In this document: one piece after another, positions 57,312 to 64,000 of the stretch
Layout of the letters: every line of letters starts with the position of its first letter
Numbering within the stretch: the first letter of the stretch is position 1
Assembly (NCBI GenBank): GCA_020051695.1
Contig: JAGVQM010000012.1
Coordinates: 6,361 to 70,360, forward strand
DNA: 64,000 nucleotides
Source: Candidatus Zixiibacteriota bacterium
Lineage (GTDB): Bacteria > Zixibacteria > MSB-5A5 > WJJR01 > JAJRUJ01
Direction: 5' to 3'
The notes under the pieces: model-generated
What the model was told of the DNA's origin: nothing
The model's database searches: none
The model's input: only the letters and a program-made list of their open reading frames with translations
Translations under genes and position numbers: made by a program

Positions 57312-60300
57312 GCGGATTACCACGGCGCCATCGGACGGGGGCGTTATGACCCAGACTGCATCAGGGATGCCGGCGACAATTAACGGATATCAGCTTGCGG
57401 GTACGATCGGGACCGGGGGACAATCCCGGGTATTTTCACTTGTCGATCATGAACCGGGCCGCCCGCTGGCATTGAAGTGGTCGCACGAACGGTTTACGCC
57501 GGCCTGGTCGGACCCTCTGGTTGAGGAATACCGCACACTGTGCTCGTTGACACACCCGCAACTGGTCCAGCCCCGTGATTTCGGCTATGCCGAGGGGCGG
57601 GCGTATATGGTCATCGACCGCGTGGCCGGCCCGACCCTGTTTGATGGCTTGCCCGGGCCGGGCGTGGCGTCACTTTGGACTCTGCTGCAAGCAGTAAGCC
57701 CCGTGTTGTCGTTTTTGCACCGCCGTGGCGTAATCCATCGAGATTTAAAACCGGATAATTTCCGCTGGGGGACCGCCGGGGTCGATCCGAGGGCTGAGAC
57801 AGACACCGCACGGCTGTATTTGTTGGACCTGGGACTGGCTTCCCGTCCCCACGATCCCGCAGGCGAGGGCAAGGCCGGGACGTTGTTTTATATGGCGCCG
57901 GAGGTATTGAAAGAAGGCAAACTCGACGCTCGATCTGATTTATATTCATTAGGCATCATCCTGTATCAATGGTTGTGCGGAACGCCGCCGTTCCCCGGCC
58001 CGGGGCCCGCGGAGATCATCGACGGTCATTTGACCGGGACGATTCACTGGCCCCAGGCAGTTGCCGACGGCATCGAGCGAAAAATCCTGCTGCAGATTGA
58101 GGCCCTTTTGGCCAAGGACCCTGATAAGCGGCCCGCGGACATTGAGACCGCCATTTCAGGTTTCGTCGAGGCCGGGATGCCGGTGGACGGATCAGTCTTG
58201 GTGACGGCCAATTTGCCGTGGCACCAGCGCAGCACCGCAGCGGAATTCCCCGATATCGCGTATCCGAAGGAAACCGTCCCGCATCCGCGCCCGCCGGTTT
58301 CCATCCTGCTGTCCGGCGATCCCGGCGCCGGGATTTCCGCTGTGTTGACCCGCTGGCAGCGAGAATTAAAGGTGCACGGCTGGTCCATTGAAACGACAAC
58401 AACGTCGTTCACCGCAAAGGTACCAGAGGAAATCCAACCGACAATATCGGTCACATCCTCGGTTGGTCCGGGTGAGATTGCATCAGCCGACGAGGCAAAT
58501 CAGCGATCATGTCACCTTGCCCTGCGCCCGCTGGATAACCATACCGTCGCGAAATACCTGCAGCGGGTCATCTTCGATCAGGAATGTGTGGAGACAATAT
58601 TGCCGGCGGCATTGCGGCTTTCGTCCGGCCTGCCCGGCGCACTAGACCTGCTGCTGACCGCCTGGCTGGAATCAGGCACGGTCAGGCATCAACATGGCCG
58701 CTGGATCATCGATGTCGGCCGGTTGGACGAACCAGTGATAAACCGCCCGTTGCGGGAACTATATGGCCGGGGCCTGGGTGAGCTGACTGCCGCACAACTT
58801 CGCTGCCTGGGTTTCGCCGCGATTTTTGGGACACACTTCAGCACAACCCTGCTGCGTGGGGTACTCACTGAGGCCGGTATCCCGCCTGAGACGATCGACG
58901 ATCTCGCGGCGCGCGGTGTGTTTATCCCGGCCTCCGATCCGGCAGAACCGCTCGTCGACTGCCGTTTCCGCCTGTGCGGACTGGCCGAGATTTGGGCGGC
59001 CGATTTGCCGCCGGGCCACTGCCAATCATTACACAGGCCCCTCGCCGCGGCGCTGCACCATGCCGGCAGGGAGTGGGGCCCGCGGGTCCACCGGCGGCTG
59101 ACACACCACCACCTGGCCGCAGGTCAACCACGCGAGGCCTATGCGGCGGCCATCGCTTGGGCAGAAAAAAACATGACCGCCGAAGGGGCCGAGGAAGCGC
59201 GGCGCTATCTGGACCTCGCCGAAACCGCAGTCAGCGACTTCGAACCCGACCCGACGCGCAGCGACTCGGCCGCGCGGATTGCCCTGCTGCGGGGCCGCTC
59301 ATGCAAGGCCTCGGGCCTCCATGAAAACGCCCAGAGTTGCTTTCGGCGGGTGTTCGCCGTCGCGCGGAAAACCGGAAACATTCGCCTGCACGCCGAGGCG
59401 GCCAAACATCTTGGTGATTCGTACAAAGCCACCCGCCAGCACCTCAAAGGCGCGCGGATCTTGAAGATTGCCTTGAAAAATTTTACGCAGCTGGGGGACG
59501 AAATAGAAATCTCCCATACCTTGAACAACCTGGGGAATATCGCTTATTATCGTCAGGACCTGGACCCGGCACTTGAATATTATTTAAAGGCCCTCGCCAT
59601 CCAGCGCCGTCATGACTTGACAGCCGTCATGGCTTCTACACTCAGCAATATCGGTTCGGTATACGTCCAAAAATGTGATTTCGAACAGGGACAGCGGTAT
59701 ATGCAAGAATCCCTGCGGCTGAAAGAAACTCTGGACCAGCCCGGCGAGGTCGCCCGGACGATGAACAACCTCGGTTCCGTGAACACCATTATCGGCGAGT
59801 ATGCGGCCGCGGAAGACTATCTGCATCGGGCCGCGGCGATTAACGAATCAATCGGCGCCGGTGATGAATGGCTGATTAATTGGATCAATATTTTTGAGGC
59901 CTGGTATCTGCAGGCCGAATACCGCCGGGCTATCGACAAAGCGCCGCAGATCTTTCGCCGGTGTGATGAGTTGGATGATGTCACGTATCGCACATTCATC
60001 CATGTCCATTTGGCGCGGTGTCTGTTCAGGACCGGCGACTATCGGGCGTCCCAATACCATCTGGAGCAGGCCGGTACGCGGATGGAACAGATCACCGATT
60101 CATCCCTGATGGCCAGGTATTTCACCCTTCAGGCGGAAATACATTTGGTATTCAGGGACATTGAACGTTGCCGGCGGTCGCTGAGTGCGGCGCTTGCCCA
60201 CGCCGACAAAACCGCAGACCCGCGCGAGCGGGCCGAGGTCTTCCTGGCAGCCGCCCATGCCGAACAGGTGCTCGGCGAAATCTCTCCCGAGTTTTTTGCC

Positions 60301-60810
60301 CCGGCGGCTGAAGCCCATCGTTTGTTTGAGCACAATGCCGGCCGGCACCGGCTTTTCGAGTTGCTACTCATCACCAGTAATGCCGCATTAGCGGAGTTCC
60401 TAGCCGAGTTCCCGCTGCCGGGCAGCATCGGTGAGCTATCGGCTGACCGCTACACCGGACCGGCCGGCCAGCGCGGGCTGTGGTTATGGCGGCTTGCCCA
60501 GAAAGCCCGCGACGAGGGACAGACCGGGGCCGCGGAAAGACTCCTCACCTCGCTGGTACAATGGAGCACGAAACATGAAACCGCCGAATTAACCTGGCGG
60601 GCCCATGCCGAGCTGGGGATCCTGTATCATGCGGCAAATGATTATGAATTGGCCACCAATTCCTTTGTCACGGCTTTCGGCGAACTGCAAAAAATCGCCG
60701 CCACGATCACATCGGACAAAGATAAAAAATCATACCTCGCAGGTGAAGACATCACCCGGTTGAGTTCGCAGATGAAAGCGTTCTCGGCGCGGTTTGCGGC
60801 AAAAAAATGA
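57301..60810 (+). CDS. Ser/Thr kinase - degenerate NTPase - TPR protein
   Basis: GTGGQSRV, ALK, HRDLKPDN, DLG, APE, DLYSLG; Walker-A-like GDPGAGIS; C-terminal TPRs (LNNLGNI, LSNIGSV, MNNLGSV); start 57301 or 57346. Confidence 0.9.
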   Translation: MTVKRITTAPSDGGVMTQTASGMPATINGYQLAGTIGTGGQSRVFSLVDHEPGRPLALKWSHERFTPAWSDPLVEEYRTLCSLTHPQLVQPRDFGYAEGRAYMVIDRVAGPTLFDGLPGPGVASLWTLLQAVSPVLSFLHRRGVIHRDLKPDNFRWGTAGVDPRAETDTARLYLLDLGLASRPHDPAGEGKAGTLFYMAPEVLKEGKLDARSDLYSLGIILYQWLCGTPPFPGPGPAEIIDGHLTGTIHWPQAVADGIERKILLQIEALLAKDPDKRPADIETAISGFVEAGMPVDGSVLVTANLPWHQRSTAAEFPDIAYPKETVPHPRPPVSILLSGDPGAGISAVLTRWQRELKVHGWSIETTTTSFTAKVPEEIQPTISVTSSVGPGEIASADEANQRSCHLALRPLDNHTVAKYLQRVIFDQECVETILPAALRLSSGLPGALDLLLTAWLESGTVRHQHGRWIIDVGRLDEPVINRPLRELYGRGLGELTAAQLRCLGFAAIFGTHFSTTLLRGVLTEAGIPPETIDDLAARGVFIPASDPAEPLVDCRFRLCGLAEIWAADLPPGHCQSLHRPLAAALHHAGREWGPRVHRRLTHHHLAAGQPREAYAAAIAWAEKNMTAEGAEEARRYLDLAETAVSDFEPDPTRSDSAARIALLRGRSCKASGLHENAQSCFRRVFAVARKTGNIRLHAEAAKHLGDSYKATRQHLKGARILKIALKNFTQLGDEIEISHTLNNLGNIAYYRQDLDPALEYYLKALAIQRRHDLTAVMASTLSNIGSVYVQKCDFEQGQRYMQESLRLKETLDQPGEVARTMNNLGSVNTIIGEYAAAEDYLHRAAAINESIGAGDEWLINWINIFEAWYLQAEYRRAIDKAPQIFRRCDELDDVTYRTFIHVHLARCLFRTGDYRASQYHLEQAGTRMEQITDSSLMARYFTLQAEIHLVFRDIERCRRSLSAALAHADKTADPRERAEVFLAAAHAEQVLGEISPEFFAPAAEAHRLFEHNAGRHRLFELLLITSNAALAEFLAEFPLPGSIGELSADRYTGPAGQRGLWLWRLAQKARDEGQTGAAERLLTSLVQWSTKHETAELTWRAHAELGILYHAANDYELATNSFVTAFGELQKIAATITSDKDKKSYLAGEDITRLSSQMKAFSARFAAKK

Positions 60811-60837
60811 GCCGCCGGAACCACAGATTCCGACGGC
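60801..60837 (-). terminator. Intrinsic terminator of the minus-strand micropeptide transcript
   Basis: Minus strand GCCGTCGGAA-N7-TTCCGGCGGC then TCA and T7. The stem is complete (one G-U) only on the minus strand. Confidence 0.8.
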
Positions 60838-60859
60838 CTCATGCGGCTTTTGGAGGTGT

Positions 60860-60928
60860 TTACTGTCCGCCCTGACTCATCAGCGGGGCAATTACGTCCT
60901 CGAGCTCTAGTACCTCCAGATTATACAT
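60860..60928 (-). CDS. 22-aa micropeptide MYNLEVLELEDVIAPLMSQGGQ
   Basis: Not in ORF track. SD AAGGGGGTGA, ATG 60928, TAA 60860, own terminator about 20 nt downstream, promoter about 190 nt upstream. Confidence 0.7.
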   Translation of the reverse strand: MYNLEVLELEDVIAPLMSQGGQ

Positions 60929-61119
60929 TGTCAACTCACCCCCTTCTCCGAACAGGTGGTTGATGGAGGCCGGAGCCGACCGGCCTTTTATTTTCTCACC
61001 ACCGCCGCGCCGTTACGCGGCTTGCTCCTCTGCATACTCCCCGCCCCATGACAGATGGGGGTGAATCGGGGATATGAGAGGTAAAGGCCATCAGCATTTC
61101 ATGGCCTCGGTACAACCAA

Positions 61120-61147
61120 AAGGTAGCGGTTTTTGCGAATAAGTCAA
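61120..61147 (-). promoter_or_regulatory. sigma70-like promoter for the micropeptide transcript
   Basis: TTGACT-N16-TACCTT, overlapped by one of two TTCGCAAAA direct repeats 30 nt apart. Confidence 0.55.
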
Positions 61148-61196
61148 GCGGTTTAAAGCATTTTGCGAAACAGGATGGGGAATCTGCCCTTTCGAA

Positions 61197-61243
61197 AATC
61201 TACATGTGGTAGTGGTGCGAGTTATACAAACTATATGTAGGAA
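61197..61243. promoter_or_regulatory. Tandem NrdR-box-like sites
   Basis: aatCTACATGTGGtag and aaaCTATATGTAGgaa, 31 bp apart, both fitting the acaCwAtATaTwGtgt core. Confidence 0.55.
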
Positions 61244-61274
61244 TGCAGCCTGCGAAGATGCACGTGAAATCAGC

Positions 61275-61310
61275 AAAAAAAGAAACCCCTCTCGTCCAAA
61301 CGAGAGGGGC
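61275..61310 (-). terminator. Intrinsic terminator with no track gene upstream
   Basis: CCCCTCTCGT-N4-ACGAGAGGGG 10-bp stem followed on the minus strand by TTTCTTTTTTT. Confidence 0.8.
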
Positions 61311-61482
61311 TATGACTTCGGCCAATTGTTTTCCCTACTTTTGTATACTGCTCGGTTCGAAAAAAGTTCCGAATTTATCCTCGTCCTCAAATTACACCCC
61401 GATAATGCCGGCCGCCGAACGCTGCGGTCTTAAATCATCTGCTTCAACCAAAGAAACACAAACATTTGTTTCCCTCATGCGG

Positions 61483-61497
61483 TATTACAATGTAATA
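61483..61497. promoter_or_regulatory. Palindromic operator upstream of the RHH-znu operon
   Basis: Perfect TATTACA-A-TGTAATA, 36 nt before the RHH start codon. Confidence 0.65.
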
Positions 61498-61533
61498 ATT
61501 TTGGGAATCTGTTGTCCGGGGAACGGAGGCCAC

Positions 61534-61833
61534 GTGACCAAACAACGACAAAAATCAAAAATCGTCACATTCAAAGCCGATAAGACGCTCCTGGAGGCGA
61601 TGCAGGGCATCCCCAACCGCTCGGAATTCATTCGGGATGCGGTCTCCACGGCCTTAGAGAGCGTCTGCCCGTTGTGTGACGGGACGGGCATCCTCTCCCC
61701 CGGCCAGAAAAAACATTGGCAGGAGTTTTCAATAACCCATGCCATCGCCGAATGTGAAGAATGTCATGAACAATATCTCGTTTGTCCGAACAAACCGGTC
61801 AGGAAAGTGCATAAACCCAACAAGGTGTCATAA
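61534..61833 (+). CDS. CopG/ribbon-helix-helix regulator with Cys/His-rich C-terminus
   Basis: GTG 61534 with SD GGAGG; IVTFKAD..L.EAM....NRSEFIRDAV, then CPLCDGTG...HW...H...CEECHE...VC. Confidence 0.85.
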   Translation: MTKQRQKSKIVTFKADKTLLEAMQGIPNRSEFIRDAVSTALESVCPLCDGTGILSPGQKKHWQEFSITHAIAECEECHEQYLVCPNKPVRKVHKPNKVS

Positions 61834-61855
61834 AAACACCCCTGTTGGATATGAA

Positions 61856-62791
61856 ATGGGGAGGTCCTCGAAGATGACTTGGCGGCTTCATCCCGGCATA
61901 GTGGCGTCCGTCATCGTCCTCCTGTGCCTGCCTCAGCTTCAGGCGCAGGAAGACCCTGCAGGGAAATTGCACATTTTTGTCAGTATTGCCCCGCAGGCCT
62001 ATTTTGTCGAACGCATCGGGGGCGAGCGGGTGGATGTGGAGGTCCTGGTGGCGCCGGGGCAGTCACACGAGACGTTTGAGCCTGCTCCCAAACAAATGGC
62101 TGCGCTTTCCGGCGCGGATCTTTATTTCCGCATCGGGTTGCCGTTTGAAGACCGGCTGCTTGATAAATTATCCGCAGCAAACGACAACGTGCGGGTCATC
62201 AACACCCGCGAAGGCATTACCCTGCGGCAAATCGAAGAGTACACTGATGGCAGCCAAGACGAAGGCCACGACCACCACGGCCAACCCGACCCACACATCT
62301 GGCTCAATCCCCGTCTCGTCGAAATCCAGGCACGCCATATTGCCGCCGGCCTGACCGCGCTCGACTCGCTTAACAAGGCGGTCTATGAACAGAATTTGCG
62401 GGGGTTCACACAAGACCTGCGGCAAATCGATTCGACCATCGCCGAAATCCTCGCTCCGCTCAAGGAGCGAAAAATATATGTCTTCCATCCGGCATTTGGC
62501 TATTTCACTGACGCCTACAAATTGACACAGGTTGCTGTGGAAATCGGCGGCAAGGAACCCGGCGGACAACAACTGGCGGAACTGATCAGCCGGGCGCAAC
62601 AGGACAGTGTGCGGGTCGTTTTTGTGCAACCGCAGTTTTCACAAAAAAGCGCGCGGACAATTGCGGAGGCAATTGGCGGCACAGTGGTGCCGCTGGACCC
62701 GCTGGCCCGCGATTATCTGGAGAATCTTCGTCGTCTGGCCCGCACGATCGAACGTGCCCTGGCCGGACGGACGGCGGGCGCCGGCGAGTAA
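61856..62791 (+). CDS. znuA: Zn/Mn ABC transporter substrate-binding protein
   Basis: VSIAPQ..FVE.IGG, SHETFEP, His-rich loop HDHHG, DPHIWLNP, FHPAFGYF, LDPLA. Confidence 0.9.
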   Translation: MGRSSKMTWRLHPGIVASVIVLLCLPQLQAQEDPAGKLHIFVSIAPQAYFVERIGGERVDVEVLVAPGQSHETFEPAPKQMAALSGADLYFRIGLPFEDRLLDKLSAANDNVRVINTREGITLRQIEEYTDGSQDEGHDHHGQPDPHIWLNPRLVEIQARHIAAGLTALDSLNKAVYEQNLRGFTQDLRQIDSTIAEILAPLKERKIYVFHPAFGYFTDAYKLTQVAVEIGGKEPGGQQLAELISRAQQDSVRVVFVQPQFSQKSARTIAEAIGGTVVPLDPLARDYLENLRRLARTIERALAGRTAGAGE

Positions 62792-62815
62792 ACAACCGGC
62801 ACACCAGGCACATGA

Positions 62816-63565
62816 GTGATGGCTGAAAAAAACTCCATTATTGTTTTTGAGAACCTCTCCTTCTCGTATGGCGGCCCCCCGGTGCTGGAGGACGTCAACC
62901 TGACCATCGGGGAGCGGGAATTCGCCTGTGTTGTCGGCCCCAATGGCGGCGGCAAGACAACCCTGGTCAAACTTGCACTGGGTCTGCTGAAACCGATAGC
63001 CGGTTCCATCCGGCTGTTCGGTAAACCTCCGGCGGAGGTGCGCTCCCGCGTGGGGTACATGCCGCAGCATGTCCATCTCGACCCCAAGTTCCCGGTGAGC
63101 GTGATGGACGTAGTATTGATGGGCCGGCTGGGCAATGGACATTCTTTCGGCCCCTATCGGCAACAAGACAAACTTGCCGCCTGGACCGCGCTGCGAGAGG
63201 TGGGGTTGTTCGATTCGCGCAACCGGCCGTTCGCCGATCTTTCCGGCGGGCAGCAACGCCGCTTATTTATCGCCCGCGCCGTCGCCTGCGAACCGGAGTT
63301 GCTCCTGCTTGACGAACCGACCGCCAACCTCGACCCGAAAGTCGAACAGGAACTCTACCAGGTTTTAAGCGAGTTGAACCAGCGGATGGCCGTCGTGGTT
63401 GTCTCGCACGACATGGCCTTTGTCTCGCAGTTTGTCAAACGGGTCATTTGTGTCAAACGCGGCGTGCATATTCATCCGACCAGCGAGATCCGGGACGGCA
63501 CCTTGAGCGAGGTGTTCGGCACCGATTTGCGGATGGTGCGGCACGATAAGCACGCCGGTGAGTAA
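62816..63565 (+). CDS. znuC: Metal ABC transporter ATPase
   Basis: GPNGGGKTT, GYMPQ, LSGGQ..R, LLLDEP, VSHD. Confidence 0.9.
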   Translation: MMAEKNSIIVFENLSFSYGGPPVLEDVNLTIGEREFACVVGPNGGGKTTLVKLALGLLKPIAGSIRLFGKPPAEVRSRVGYMPQHVHLDPKFPVSVMDVVLMGRLGNGHSFGPYRQQDKLAAWTALREVGLFDSRNRPFADLSGGQQRRLFIARAVACEPELLLLDEPTANLDPKVEQELYQVLSELNQRMAVVVVSHDMAFVSQFVKRVICVKRGVHIHPTSEIRDGTLSEVFGTDLRMVRHDKHAGE

Positions 63566-63568
63566 GTG

Positions 63569-64000
63569 ATGTTTACCGAATTTTTTCAGGCCGTCACCGA
63601 ATACACCTTCATGCAGTATGCCCTGCTCACGGGGATCCTGGCGGGCATTGCCTGCGGCATTGTCGGGACCTATGTCGTCGCGCGGCGGATCACCTATATC
63701 GCCGGGGGCATCGCCCACGCCGTCCTGGGCGGCATGGGGATTGCCTTTTATATTTCCGTGGTCTACGACCTGGAGAAGTTGCATCCGCTGTACGGCGCGA
63801 TCATCGCCGCCCTGGCCGCCGCGGTCACGATCGGGCTGGTTAGTCTGCGGGCGCGGGAACGGGAAGACACGGTCATTGGCGCGATCTGGGCGGTCGGCAT
63901 GGCCGTGGGCATTTTGTTTATCGCCCGGACCCCCGGATATAATGAAAACCTGATGAGTTATTTGTTCGGCAATATATTGATGGTTTCCGCCGCCGATTTA
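63569..64000 (+). CDS. znuB: Metal ABC transporter permease (partial, runs off the window)
   Basis: Hand translation: FMQYALLTGILAGIACGIVGTYVVARRITYIAGGIAHAVLGG...EDTVIG.IWAVGMA.G...LMSYLFGNIL. Confidence 0.9.
   Translation, partial: MFTEFFQAVTEYTFMQYALLTGILAGIACGIVGTYVVARRITYIAGGIAHAVLGGMGIAFYISVVYDLEKLHPLYGAIIAALAAAVTIGLVSLRAREREDTVIGAIWAVGMAVGILFIARTPGYNENLMSYLFGNILMVSAADL

Noticed and set aside
57301..60810. Avs/STAND anti-phage system
   Set aside because: Walker A lysine is lost, no nuclease or other effector is present, and the context is signalling rather than a defence island.
60920..60934. TTGACA-ATG-TATAAT on the minus strand, perfect -35 and -10 hexamers
   Set aside because: Only 3 nt apart, so not a promoter; it coincides with the micropeptide start codon.

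Overview
GC-rich diderm bacterial chromosome segment. Gene content (dockerin-tailed secreted proteins, a TonB receptor/CTD protein/PorV triad, TPR-rich sigma54 activators) suggests an FCB-group organism such as Zixibacteria; this is inference. The housekeeping backbone includes valS, polA, coaE, an aminotransferase, scpAB, a pseudouridine synthase, LPS/glycan genes, pilD, znuACB and tRNA-Lys(CTT). A REP-rich accessory stretch (34.2-40.3 kb) carries dockerin proteins and a selenocysteine peroxiredoxin split by an in-frame UGA. The two most interesting loci are small-peptide/TPR-protein pairs. (1) At 1-8.2 kb, a 94-aa secreted 'DGHPWDD' propeptide gene lies immediately upstream of a TPR-GAF-AAA+-HTH sigma54 activator. 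Both are divergent from a correctly spaced sigma54 promoter leading into a lipoprotein / beta-barrel / M6 protease operon, a layout resembling RRNPP peptide quorum sensing wired to sigma54. (2) At 60.8-61.4 kb, an unannotated 22-aa micropeptide gene (MYNLEVLELEDVIAPLMSQGGQ) has its own promoter, multi-hairpin leader, RBS and strand-specific terminator. It converges on a Ser/Thr kinase-TPR gene and has tandem NrdR-like boxes upstream. A Cys-rich RHH regulator with a palindromic operator heads the zinc ABC operon. All calls come from reading the sequence only; no database searches were run.
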